A stretch of DNA of 64,000 bases from a bacterium (GTDB taxonomy: Bacteria > UBA8248 > JACPRG01 > G963555815). The stretch is from the NCBI GenBank assembly GCA_965218795.1, contig OZ244653.1, positions 4,640,001-4,704,000 on the forward strand. The letters run 5' to 3'. The position numbers and the translations under genes are program-made. A model generated the notes under the pieces. That model saw only the letters and a list, made by a program, of their open reading frames with translations. It searched no databases and was not told the origin of the DNA. Positions 29,613-40,792 of the stretch are shown piece after piece (the stretch's first letter is position 1; every line of letters begins with the position of its first letter).

Positions 29613-32600
29613 CTATACGGCCGAGCGCGAGCCGGACCTCGGTTTCACCACCAGTTGGGTACAGGAAGGCACGAACCAACGCGTGCTGCTGGACACGTTC
29701 TTCAGCGCCGCCAGGCCGGATCAATCGCTCGTCTTTTTTTACGCGAAACGCACACCGATGGCGGAAGACGTCCGCCGCGTGATTGTTGGCGTCGGGCGTG
29801 TGAAAACCATTGGCGCGGCGACAGCGTATCGCGACGTCGTCGGCACCCGGCCGAATAGCAAGATCAATGGCTACCTGTGGGAACGCAATATCGAGCACTC
29901 GATACGCCCTGATGGTACGGACGGATTTCTGCTGCCTTATCGCGAACTGATCGCACTCGCCGAAGACGATGCCAGTCTCGATCTCGGTGCCTGCACCGCT
30001 TTTGCCCCGGACGAGTACTTTGAACAGTACTCCTATGGCAGCGAGCTGCTGCCGCAGGATGGCGCCATTGCCTCATTGCTGGCGCTGGAGAAGGCAATTA
30101 AGTCCATGCGTAGCCTGCTCGAGGCACCCTGGGCGGAGTACCTTCAGTGGATAGACCGAGAGCTTAACCGGCTATGGCAGGTGCGCGGCGCCTTCCCCGG
30201 CCTCGGCGCGACCCTGCATGCGTTCGGCCTGCCACATGGGAATCTGTTGGTGTGGCACCTGGTGGGCGACAGCGAGAAAGCCATCGACCCGTGGCCTGTA
30301 TTGACTGCGGCACTCAAAAAGCCGTCGTCCCTGCCGGAATACCTCCGCGACGGCATTGGCAAAACCCAGCAACAGAAGTGGGAAAAACTTCCGGACTCGC
30401 GCCGCGCGTTGCCGGACTCGCGCCGCGCGTTGCTGATGCTGTTGGCGCGGTTCAACCTGACCAATGTTCAGGCGCTGCGGTGGTATCAGGAGACCGAGAG
30501 GGACAGCGCAGGCATCACGCTCGACGACAAGGATATCCTGGCCAACCCGTACACGATCTATGAAGCTGATCGTCTTCAAGCGGACCCCATTGCATTCGCG
30601 GTGATTGACCGCGGCATGTTCCCCCCGGAGCCGCTGCGCAAGGATTTCCCGACCCCCGAGCCCAGCAGGGTGCATGAGGCGATAGACCCGCGACGCGTGC
30701 GCTCGGCAATGATCCAGACGCTGGAAGACGCGGCCGGTGAGGGGCACACACTGATACCGGCCTCCTGGCTGATCCAGCGCGTGCGTGCGCGGCCCATGAA
30801 ACCAGAGTGTCCCGTAGATGCAGACACGCTTGCTGTCGTGGGAGACAGCCTGGAACCATTGATTACGACAGTCAATCTGGAAACAGAGGACGATGCGTTT
30901 CAGCTCGATCGCTATGTCGAAACGTCGAAGCTGATCGGCGCTGCGATTACGAAGCGCAGAAACGGCAAGGCAAACGGCGGTGAATCCGATTGGGCCGCGT
31001 TGGTTAATGAGGCGATTGATGAGGGGAAAAAGAAATCCGCACTTACCGCTGACGACAAAAAGGCACGTCAGGAAAAGGCTGCTGCGCTGAAAGAATTGTA
31101 CCGGGGCCGGGTTTGCTTATTGATGGGATCTGCCGGTACCGGTAAGAGTACATTGCTGAAAGCCCTATGCCGCATCGATGCAGTGTTTAAAGGCGGCATC
31201 CTGTTGCTCGCCCCTACCGGCAAAGCGCGCGTCAGACTCGAACAAGCCAGCGGCATGGCCGGCCAGGGGAAAACCGTCGCGCAATTCCTGAACGGATTGC
31301 AGCGTTACGATGGCAATACCGGACGTTATTACGTCAATACCGACGCTCCTCGCTCATCGGCGCATAAGACCGTCGTGATCGACGAATGCTCGATGCTGAC
31401 CGAAGAGCAGCTCGCGGCTCTACTTGACGCCGTCAAGGGTGTTGAGCGTTTGATCCTGGTTGGCGATCCGAAGCAGTTGCCGCCGACCGGAGCCGGACGC
31501 CCCTATGTGGACATCGCGCAATGCCTGAAGCCCGACAACATCGACAGTTTGTTCCCGCGCGTCGCTTCCGGATATGCCGAACTGACAGTAACCATGCGGC
31601 AGGAGACCACAGGCGATGCGGCACGTGTGGATGTGCTTCTGGCCAATGCATTCAGTGGGCGCGCGCTGGATGCTGGCGCCGACGAGGTGTGGCACGCGGT
31701 TACGGCTGGGGAAACCCGATTTGTGAAGTTGGTACGCTGGAATCAGCCGGACCAATTGCAAAAGCTACTGCTAGCTGAATTGGCGGCAGTACTCGGATTG
31801 AAATCCGCCGATGATGAAATCGGCTTTGAGGAATCCATCGGTGGCACGGCTTCCGAGTACAACGGCCAGACCAATATCTTCTTCAACACGCGCTACAAGG
31901 CGCTCTCTGGGGCTGCGGAAAAGGCCGAGCAATGGCAAATCCTAACCCCAGTCCGCCAGAACCAGACAGGTGTACTGGCGCTGAACCGCGCCATTCAACA
32001 GCAGTTTCGTAAACGTTTCCTTGATCTCGCGGTACGTTCGGGGTCCCAGAAAAGGATCATCACGAGTCCTGCCGGGCCGGAAAGCATCATTTACGGCGAC
32101 AAAGTGATCAATATCGTCAATAGCAGTCGCCGTGGTGTCTACCCTGACAAAGACGACCGTTATGTTGCCAACGGCGATATCGGGGTGGTGACCGGGCACC
32201 GGCGCACGAAGAAGAAAGACTGGAAGCCGGTGGAGGTTGAAGTTGAACTGGCCTCGCAACCGGGGTTTGTCTACAAGTACAAATCATGGGAATTCGACGC
32301 CCAGGAGAGTTCCCCGCCCCTGGAGTTGGCCTATGCGCTGACCATCCACAAGACGCAAGGCAGCGAATTCGGCACGACGTTTTTGGTGATTCCCAATCCC
32401 TGCCGGGTACTCAGCCGGGAAATGCTGTACACGGCATTAACGCGGCACATGGGAAGAGTCATCATTCTCCATCAGGGTGATTTCCGCGAGCTGCAACGCT
32501 TCAGCCATGATGAGGCGTCGGAAGTCGCGCGACGCATGACGAACCTGTTCAGGCCGTCGCGACCTGTAGAAGTGCGAATCAGCAACCAGTCGGTGTTCCT

Positions 32601-32991
32601 TGACAGCAACCTGATTTATTGGACTGAGCGCGGTGAACTGGTGCGCTCCAAGTCTGAATGGATCATCGCCGACAAGATGCATGCCGCCGGCATCGACTAT
32701 CAATATGAACAAGCTTTGCTCCTGGCAGGCATTGAACGTTTCCCGGACTTCACCATCGTAGATGACGATAGTGGGAGCACCTGGTACTGGGAGCACAATG
32801 GCATGCTCAGCAACAAGGATTACCTCAAGCGTTGGGATCGCAAGCTGGCTGCCTACCGAGAGCAAGATATTCTGCGGTTAGAAGAAGGTGGCGGGAAGAA
32901 CGGCACCTTGCTGGTCACAGAAGAGCAAGCAGGCACCGGGCTCGACGCCGGGCACATACAAAGCAATATCGATGCGATTCTGGCGGGATAA
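29613..32991 (+). pseudogene. 3' part of RecD2-like SF1B helicase with C-terminal PD-(D/E)XK-like nuclease
   Basis: GSAGTGKS, LLAPTGKA, VIDECSM, VGDPKQLPP, AYALTIHKTQGSEF, YTALTR; C-terminal VRSKSE...PDFTI...YWEHNGM. Confidence 0.88.
30391..30432 (+). repeat. Exact 21-bp tandem duplication (PDSRRAL x2)
   Basis: CCGGACTCGCGCCGCGCGTTG twice. Confidence 0.95.
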
Positions 32992-33007
32992 ATGTACACC
33001 GAACAGG

Positions 33008-33350
33008 TGAAGTTACCCCGTTTCGATGGACGATTTAGGGTTTTCGCCACCAGTCCTGAGGTGGGCGATAGCCGGTGGACGTAAAGTCTTACCCACGCCC
33101 GGTGGATAGGGTCCCACCCGGAGGGTATTTCTGGACCTCCGGCTCGCCGATCCGGGAAGCATCGGGGACGGATCGAGCCGGGCGATGAGCGTTGCGCGCC
33201 GCACGCGGCGTTGCCTTCGCGGCGGACCGCTCGAAGCCGTTGGGGCTGAGGTAACCCAGGGCAGAGTGGCGGCGGCGCGGATGATACCAGCTCTCGACGA
33301 AGCCGCCGCAGCTCCTCGAGCTCCGTGCTCCTCAGACCGTCCTCACCTTT
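33008..33350 (-). mobile_element. Internally deleted IS3-family remnant, related to the IS3 at 56072-57257
   Basis: IR TGAAGTTACCCCGTTTC; minus strand reads orfA EELRRLRRE joined to orfB FVESWYHPRRRHSALGYLSP; homologous to the reverse complement of about 56980-57257. Confidence 0.85.
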
Positions 33351-33446
33351 CACACAGTCCGATGGCTCAAACCTAGCCAAGCTATAAGGGTCGGATTTAT
33401 GCGTCCTTTGGATTGATCCTGGCTTCAGCGAGCGCAGACCTCGCTC

Positions 33447-36386
33447 TCAAAGGCCCAAGTCCATCTCGACCCGTTTCCCACGGTCCGGCGCAGCCGGCTC
33501 CCGGTTCCTCACGACCGGCTCGGTCTCTTTCCCGGCCGCCTCGCTCCCGCCTCGGTCCGTATCCCGGGTGGCTTCTGTCTCCCGCGCCGCCGTCCGTCCC
33601 GCTTTCGCATCGGCTTCCATGCCCTTTGTCCGCTCGTCCCGCGCCGCCTCTCCGATCCCCTCCAGCGCCGAGACCCGCTCGCCCGTCGCGGTTTCGAGTT
33701 GCTCGCGCAGTCGCGCCGCATCGTCCGTCACCAACTCGGCCCGGTCGCGGGCGCGGCTGATCTCCACATAGAAGCTCTTCTGCGTGGTGAGGTGGGGGTG
33801 ATTGGCCTCCATCGCCGCGATCACGTTGTCCACCGTCCGCCCCTGAAAGGCATGCACGGTCGAGGCCCAGGCGTGGTCGAGATGGCGCAATTGGGGATCG
33901 CCCGCCTTCATGTCGAGCATGCGCCCGTCCTCCAGACGGAAGGTCACACGGCCGTCCTTCACGCTCGCGACCTCGGCGGTGCGGCTGTTGACGAGGCCGA
34001 GGCCCTTGTCGTTGCGGGTCCAGCGGATGCGCTCCCCGGCGCGAAGCTCGATGCCCTCGGCGCGGTAAACCTCGACGCCGCCGGACCGCCCGGCGATCCG
34101 GCCCGGCTTCCAGGGAACGGTAGCGCCGTCCCCGCCTTCGAGTATCACCGTATGGCTCTTGTGATCCACGCCGGCAACCCGGCGCTCGTCGCCCTTGTCG
34201 ACCCCCAGGGTCTTGTAGGGGCGATGGAAGGCGACGATATCGCCCTCGGCGTAGTTGGCCGCGAGCGATTTCTCGGCGTTCGTGTAGCCGTGGGAGACCA
34301 GCCGCTCGCCCGTGAAGGCGGGGCCGTGGATCCTGCCGTCGCGCGCGAGGCGCTCCCGGATATGGCCGTTGATCTCCCGGCGAAGCTCATGGCTCGGCGC
34401 CATGACGCCGGTGTTCTCTCTCGCCTCGGGGGACAGCTTGAGCCAGCGCGCCGCCACCGCGCCCGCGATGTTGTCGGCCTGGACCTCGGCCACGTTGGGG
34501 CCGAGCTTCTCGAAGGCCCTGCCGATCTCGCCGGCGAGGCTCGCCTCCACGGCCGCCTTCAGCTCCGGGTCGCGCTGGCGCAGGATCTCGTCCATCACCG
34601 CCGTCTTCATCCCTGCCCGCTGCAACTGCGCAAAGGGTTTACCGGCGTCGACCGCGTCGAGCTGCTTCTCGTCGCCGACCAGGACCACGCGGGGAAGGCG
34701 CAATACGTTAGCGATCCTCAGGAGGTCGCGGGCCTGGACGGTGGAGGCGAGCGAGCCCTCGTCCACCACCAGCACGGTCTTCGCGAACGCCGCGCGCATC
34801 TCCTTCTCGCCCTTCTTCGTCAAACGCCCTTCGGCGACCCCGGCGTTCCGCGCGAGGAAGCGTTGCAGGGTCTCGCTCTCGATCCCGGCTTCGGTCGCCA
34901 GCGTCTTCACCGCCGAGGCCGAAGGGGCCAGTCCCATCATGCGGTAGCTGTTCTTCTCCGCGAGCGCGCGGGCGCGGTTCAGCATGGTGGTCTTGCCGGT
35001 GCCGGCATAGCCCTGCACGCCGACGACGCGGTCCTTCGAAGACAGGATCAGCTTGACCGCCTGCTTCTGGCCCTCGGTGAGCGGTCCCTTGTGCAGCCGC
35101 GCGCTCGCCATCCAGCTTCGCATCACCACCGGGCTTCTGTCCTGTCCGCCCTGCATCAGCCCGATCGTCTCGCGCTCGTCGGCGAGGGCCTTGTCGGTGG
35201 TCAGGCCGTCGCCTGCATGCAATGCCGGCGCGGCATGGAGCCGTCCCTGACCTTCGAGATCGCCCAACGCCTTCTCCGCGGCCTCGACGGACACGGCGCC
35301 CGGTTGCCAGGCGAGCGCGGCGGCGAGCAGATCGGCGCGCGAGAACACCGCCTCGCGTTCGGCGAGATGCGCCGTCGCCCATTCCGCGGCCTCGGCCGAA
35401 GCGGGATCGATATCCCGTGCGGGAGCGTTCTCCCGGCCGGAGTCCCTGCCGGCTTCCCTCACCGCGGCCTCGGCGGCGAGCGCCCGCGCGTCGAACCCCA
35501 GCCCGGCGGCCTGCTTCTCCCAGCTTGCCCTGAGCGCCACCTTCTCGACCTCGCGCTTGTGGGCCCGGGTCATCAGCGCCGCGCGCTCGGCCAGGCGCTG
35601 GTTCTCGGCGGTGCCGCTCATGCCCCGCTCGGCCATGGCCGCTTCGATCTCCGCCCGCCGGGTCGAGAACGCCTCGATCGCCTTGCGTGGGACCCCGGCG
35701 ATCTCGAAGCGTCCGTCGGCATGGCTCTTCTCGATGCCGTAACCGAGCTTGCCCAACTCCCGCGCGAGCTCGCTCCGGTAGATCATGCCGATCAGCTTCT
35801 GGCGGCGGTAGAGCGCCTCGTTGGCCATGGTCCGCCACTTGCCGTCCCCGCCCTGGACCATGTTGGCGAGGACCGCGTGGGTGTGGAGCTGGGGATCGAG
35901 ATTGCGCGAGGCGTCGTGCCGGAAGGTCGCGGCCACCGTCTTCTGGTCCCCGGCCCGGACCATGCGTCCGGTCTCCGGGTCCTTCAACCGGGTCTCGGCG
36001 GCGTTGCCCTCGATCCAGGCCAGCGAGCGCTTGACCGCCCGGTCATGGGCGTCGACCACGCGCCCGTCGCCGCCGATCAGCGCCGCCAGCGAGACGGATT
36101 TTGGGGCCGAGAAGGTGAGATCCCGCCCGGGCCGGTGCTGCAGGGCCCCATCGGGTCCCCCGCGTCCGAGTTGCCGTCCGGTCCCGTCGAGTACCTTGCC
36201 CTCCAGCACCGCCTTGAAGAGGTCCGGCTCGACCGGACCGGAGAGGCCGAGGTCCTCCGCGCCCTTGCCGGTCCAGGCGCTCGCGTCCCTGTGGGCCGGG
36301 TCGTCCCTGGCGTAGTAGCCGTCCCTCTCGTAATAGGAGATGCCCTGGGCCGAGGACGCGACGGCGCCGATCGAGACGACCATCAC
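33447..36386 (-). CDS. traI: MOBF conjugative relaxase-helicase (TrwC/TraI)
   Basis: YYERDGYY, DLTFSAPKSVS, HDASRNLDPQLHTH, GYAGTGKT, VVDEGS, TVHAFQG; appears intact. Confidence 0.95.
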   Translation of the reverse strand: MMVVSIGAVASSAQGISYYERDGYYARDDPAHRDASAWTGKGAEDLGLSGPVEPDLFKAVLEGKVLDGTGRQLGRGGPDGALQHRPGRDLTFSAPKSVSLAALIGGDGRVVDAHDRAVKRSLAWIEGNAAETRLKDPETGRMVRAGDQKTVAATFRHDASRNLDPQLHTHAVLANMVQGGDGKWRTMANEALYRRQKLIGMIYRSELARELGKLGYGIEKSHADGRFEIAGVPRKAIEAFSTRRAEIEAAMAERGMSGTAENQRLAERAALMTRAHKREVEKVALRASWEKQAAGLGFDARALAAEAAVREAGRDSGRENAPARDIDPASAEAAEWATAHLAEREAVFSRADLLAAALAWQPGAVSVEAAEKALGDLEGQGRLHAAPALHAGDGLTTDKALADERETIGLMQGGQDRSPVVMRSWMASARLHKGPLTEGQKQAVKLILSSKDRVVGVQGYAGTGKTTMLNRARALAEKNSYRMMGLAPSASAVKTLATEAGIESETLQRFLARNAGVAEGRLTKKGEKEMRAAFAKTVLVVDEGSLASTVQARDLLRIANVLRLPRVVLVGDEKQLDAVDAGKPFAQLQRAGMKTAVMDEILRQRDPELKAAVEASLAGEIGRAFEKLGPNVAEVQADNIAGAVAARWLKLSPEARENTGVMAPSHELRREINGHIRERLARDGRIHGPAFTGERLVSHGYTNAEKSLAANYAEGDIVAFHRPYKTLGVDKGDERRVAGVDHKSHTVILEGGDGATVPWKPGRIAGRSGGVEVYRAEGIELRAGERIRWTRNDKGLGLVNSRTAEVASVKDGRVTFRLEDGRMLDMKAGDPQLRHLDHAWASTVHAFQGRTVDNVIAAMEANHPHLTTQKSFYVEISRARDRAELVTDDAARLREQLETATGERVSALEGIGEAARDERTKGMEADAKAGRTAARETEATRDTDRGGSEAAGKETEPVVRNREPAAPDRGKRVEMDLGL

Positions 36387-38323
36387 AGCCAGTCGGGCGG
36401 ACAGCGCCCGTCCGCGCCGCCGGCGCCGTTGTCCTCGGGTTTATCCTGATCGGCCGCGGGGTCTTCCCGTTGCCCGGAAAGGACGGAATCCCGGCCGCCG
36501 GAACCGGCAGCCGGGACCTCGGGCATTTCCGCGCCTTCCGCTTCCACCGCGCGGCATTCGGCCGGGGCCGGCTCGAGACCGAGCTCGGGTTGATCGCCGG
36601 TCCATCCGGCCGCCGAACCCGCCGCGCCCGTATCGCCATTCTCACTTTCGTTCCCGGCATCGCCCGGGGCCGGGGCATCGGTGTCGTGCCTGCTTCCGGA
36701 ATCGGCCGCGGTCACATCGGAGACCCAACCGCCTTGCTCCGAAGGACCTTCCTCCCTTGGCACGAACCGTTCGGCCGCCTTGGGCCTCTTGACGTAGTCG
36801 AGCTTGATCCGGGCCACGGGCCACGGCCCCGGGAACTTCAGATACCCCTGCAGGTTCTTAAGCCGCATGATCTCCGACGGCAGGGCCAAAGAACGCATCT
36901 CCCGGCGCTGGGTCAGCGACACCCCGTCCCGCAGGACGCTCGCCCCGTAGCTCAGGCCGTGGGAATACTCCTCCACCTCGCCCCGCCCCAGGCTCTCGGC
37001 CGACCACCGGGCCGTCTCCTGGTCGGGCGCGGCCAGGACCACCCGGGTGCCGCACAGCCCGGAGATGGTCTCCGCCCCGTTCTTTCCGTAGAGGTCGCGC
37101 AAGGCCGAGATCACCTGGATCCCGAGCACGAAGCACCCGCCGAACTGTCGGGATTCCGCGAGCCCCGGCTGGAGGCTCGGCACCTGATGGAGGGTGGGCA
37201 GCTCGTCCAGGACCACCCAGACCCTGCGCGCGTCGTCCTGATGGAGGGACAGAAGCGCGTTGACCGCGATCTCCAGCCAGGTGGAGATGAGCCCCCGCAG
37301 GCTCGCGTGCTGGTCGCCCCTCGAGGTCAGGAACAGGAACCCCGTCCCGTCCTCCCTCCCCACCCAGTCCCGGATCGAGAAGGGCTCTCCCGTATCGGGC
37401 AGGAACTCGAGGGCCCCGAGGTGCGCGGTCAGCATGGCCCGGACCGAGAGGGCGGTCTTGGGGTTTTCGGGATCCACGATGGACTGGGCCACCGTGCCCT
37501 CCATGGCCCGGGCCAGGGCCGTCAGGTCGGTCTTGAGCAGGTGGTCGACCAGCACCCGGTTTTCGGTCACGCCCTGCTTCCAGAGCACGCCCGCGCCGTT
37601 GGAGAACAGTTGCCTGGCGGCGGTGACCCAGAAGGGGTCCACCGTGTCCTTCTGCTGGGGGATGAGGGCGGCCGCCATCATGTCGAAGTCCCGGGGGGTC
37701 CTGGCCTCGAAGAAGGGGGACCAGCGCGGCGCCCGGGCATCCAGGGGGTTCATCAGCACGGTCTTGCCCGAGCCGGTGGTGCCGGAGACGATGGTGTGCT
37801 GGGTCTCGGCGCGTTCTGGCCATGGGATCCCGGCGATACGGCAGGAGGCCCGGCGCGCGGCGGGGAACAGGGCCTCGGCCAGGCGGAGCGAAAGAGGCTG
37901 CACGCGCCTTCTCAGCTCCCGGGACGTGGCCATTTCCGCGCCGCGGACCGCGCCTCCCGCGCCGATCCAGAGGCCGAGCCACGCCTTGGCGTAGACGGTG
38001 TGGAGCAGACGTTTGCGGATCCGTTCGATCCTGGGGTCTGAGGCGATGTCGACGATCCTGAGCGTCGTCTTCTCGCCCTCTCGCCACTCGTACGCCTGGA
38101 GGGAATGGCGCGGATACCCGAGTGCGAGCTTGACCTGGGCGAGGGTACCCGTTCCGACGAGGCGCCATTCATGGGCGGTGGTGGTGCGGAACAGGGCGAT
38201 GGCGGGGACCAGGACGACCGTCAGGGCGATGCCGAAAAGCCCCCAGCGGACCAGCTGGCCCCACATGTGGACGTCGTGGACCAGGGTCTGGCCGCCCCTG
38301 AGCGTTGCGTTGCCGAACATCAT
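36383..38323 (-). pseudogene. traD: Type IV coupling protein with in-frame internal deletions
   Basis: GTTGSGKT, DPFW, LDELPTL, ESRQFGG. Walker A is followed directly by MNPLDAR (the usual IYDK segment is absent) and the second TM region is absent. Confidence 0.85.
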
Positions 38324-38407
38324 CGGGTCCTCCCGTTCGAGGTTATGTGGATAGCGGCGGTCTTGGCGCCGTTGTGTTGCGATGCGCCGGGCGGGAGGCC
38401 GAGGAAG

Positions 38408-38470
38408 GCGGGGTCAAGGGCGCGGGACGCCGGGGCCGGAGAGGCTGGCGCCCGCGATGTCTTGAACCGC
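38408..38470. promoter_or_regulatory. Long imperfect hairpin in the traD divergent intergenic region
   Basis: GCGGGGTCAAG-GGCGCGGG-ACGCC...GGCG-CCCGCG-ATGT-CTTGAACCGC nested inverted repeats. Confidence 0.5.
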
Positions 38471-38489
38471 AACCCCGGAGGAACCACCC

Positions 38490-38858
38490 ATGTCCAATCC
38501 ACCCGACCCATCCAACGGCTGGCGCGCCCGGGCCTTCGTCCTCGGCGGGATCGCACTCGCCCTTGCCGTCACCGTCGTTTCCGTGGCCGCCGGGACCGGT
38601 GTCCGCTTCCTGGGGGGCATCTGGTTCTGGGCGGCGATCTGGACCGTTCTGGCCGGACTCACGTGCACCCTGTGGCGGGGGTTCCGCCATGGGGACTGGT
38701 CCGCCTTCGGCCGCTGCGGGCTCCCGGAAGAGGGCGGTGACCGGTTCGACTGGTCGACCCGGACCGGCCGCTATGCCTGGCTCCGCGATCTCGAGGATCC
38801 ACATCTCCACGACCACGATCCCCTTCGCGGTCATGGCCCCAGCACCTGGTCCCCGTAG
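38490..38858 (+). CDS. Small two-TM membrane protein, antisense to the tra operon
   Basis: GGAGG RBS; two hydrophobic helices and a charged C-terminus. Confidence 0.65.
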   Translation: MSNPPDPSNGWRARAFVLGGIALALAVTVVSVAAGTGVRFLGGIWFWAAIWTVLAGLTCTLWRGFRHGDWSAFGRCGLPEEGGDRFDWSTRTGRYAWLRDLEDPHLHDHDPLRGHGPSTWSP

Positions 38859-40770
38859 AAGGGACCGTCGCGTCCGCGGTCGTCCTTCTCACCCTTCTTC
38901 CCCCGGTCCGGCGCCGCGTTCCTGGCCGTTCCGTAGAGTTTTCCCGCGAGCCACTCGCCGATGAACGGCGCCTCCTTCGCGGCGTGCTCCTGAAAAGGTT
39001 TGGCGAGCTCGGCCTTTACGCCTTCACGGCCCCGCGCCATGCCGGCCTTCACGTCCTTGGCCCGCTCCTCTCGTCCCGCTTGCCGGGCCCTCAGATCATG
39101 CTCGGTCTGGGCGCGCCCGCGCCTTGCCCGGGTCTCGACCTTGCCCGGCCCGGCCCCGCGTCCCCGGTCGCGCACCGCGTCCGACCAACCGCCCCAGGCC
39201 GCCTCGGTCTCTCTCGCGTGCGACTCCTTCAGCCCGTCGCGCGTCCGCTCGTAATCCGCCAGCCCCGGGACCGAGGCCGGGTCAGGTCCCTCGGGCGTTG
39301 GGAAACGCTCCGCGATAAAGGCGGCGGCATGCGCGCGCAGCTCTTCGGCATCCTCCGGGGTCTGGGGCGAGGCGAGCCGCATGGCGCCGGCCACGCCGAT
39401 CTCGCGGCCGCCGGCGCCAGGCCGGGCGGTCAGCCAGGCGAAGAAGGGCTGGCCGAGCTCCCGGTCGATGGCCCGGGACCGGCTTCGCACCTCGGCCGCC
39501 TGAGAGATCCAGCTCTCGGCTTCCCGGTGGCTCAGGGCCTCCTGCTCGCCGTAGCGGCGCATCCGGGGGTCAGGTTGGCGCCAAAACTTTCCTCCAGGCT
39601 CTTGAGCTCGCTCTCGCCCGAGGCGGTGGAGTAGCGCCTGGAGGCTTCGGCGACCCGGGACCAGAGATCGAGCACTTGGTTCTGCTCGGCATAGTCGGTC
39701 ATCCGGTTCCAGGCCTCCCGGCCGAAGGTCTGGCCCCGCCAGCTCGCCGAACCGTCGGCGCCGAACTTCACGATGAAGTCGAAGCCCCCTCCCACCTTGG
39801 CCTCGCCCGACCAGTGCCGGGCCTGCTCCCGGGCCGCGCCTGCCCGGCTCTCGTGGCTGACCGCAAGGGATTCGGAGAGCCGGACGCCCGCCGCGGGGAT
39901 CCGGCTGGTGGCGGCGCCGGCGTCCATGACCGCGGCGCCGTCGCCGGTCACGGTGAAGGCCGCGCCCTCCGGGGCGAAGCCGGTATAGCGGTCCGTATCG
40001 ACGTGCATGGAGGTGCGGAGCTGCCGGCCCTCAAGCGTCGCGAAGCGGTGGACGTCGGCCTGGGTGTTGGCGAGGGAGATGTTGCCCGTCGTGCCCTCGT
40101 GGGCGGCCGAGGAGGCCGCGTCCTGGCCGACCGGCATCAGCGCGCCCGCGCTCATGCGTTCGGGCGAGGCCCCGGCGGACGGCGATCCCGTGGCGGTGAC
40201 GAGCGACCAGATATCGGTGCTCTCGCGCAGGTCGTCGGCCGAGACGTGGCCCAGGAGCAGGGCGTGGAACACGCATTGTCTCGCATAGGCCCGGAGGTTC
40301 CGGGCGAACACCGTATCGGTCACCTCCATGCGGGTCGCGGCGGCCGCGAGCCTCGCGCCGAAGATCAGGCCGTGGCGGCGGTAGGTCAGGTCGTCCGGAA
40401 GGGAGAAGGCCTGTTCGGTCAGCCGTGTCAGGCCGTCACCCACCTGGCTCGTCAGGGAGGCGAAGAGGGCCAGGCCGAGCGGGACGTTGTCGATGACCGC
40501 GGGCGCCAGCGCCGGGTCGAGTCGATCCACCACCCGGACGGTCGCCTTGGGCACGATCATCGCGCCCCAGACGGCGACGAAGAGGAGGATCCACTTGGCG
40601 TTGTCCTTCCACGAGCCGCCGAAGGCGGTGCGGAACAGGGCCCAGGCGAGCCCGGCGATGCCCGCGATCCGGGCCAGGGTCACGAAGGCCCCGCCGCCGG
40701 TGATCGCAGCGACCGCGTTCAGGAGGTCGACCAGATAGGTCCCGCCGCCCAGGGTGAAGAGCTCGTACAT
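38831..40770 (-). pseudogene. traG: TraG mating-pair stabilisation protein, deleted and frameshifted
   Basis: MYELFTLGGG-YLVDLLNAVA, VIDNVPLGLA, YARQCVF; far shorter than normal and split into ORFs 39532-40770 and 38831-39562. Confidence 0.85.
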
Positions 40771-40792
40771 GGTCGCGTTCTCCCGATATTGT

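Noticed and set aside
33699-36449. 916-aa + strand ORF and other long antisense ORFs (5222-6796, 9391-11022, 12247-13572, 36470-38041, 58272-59738)
   Set aside because: Shadow ORFs opposite well-supported genes in high-GC DNA, with no recognisable motifs.
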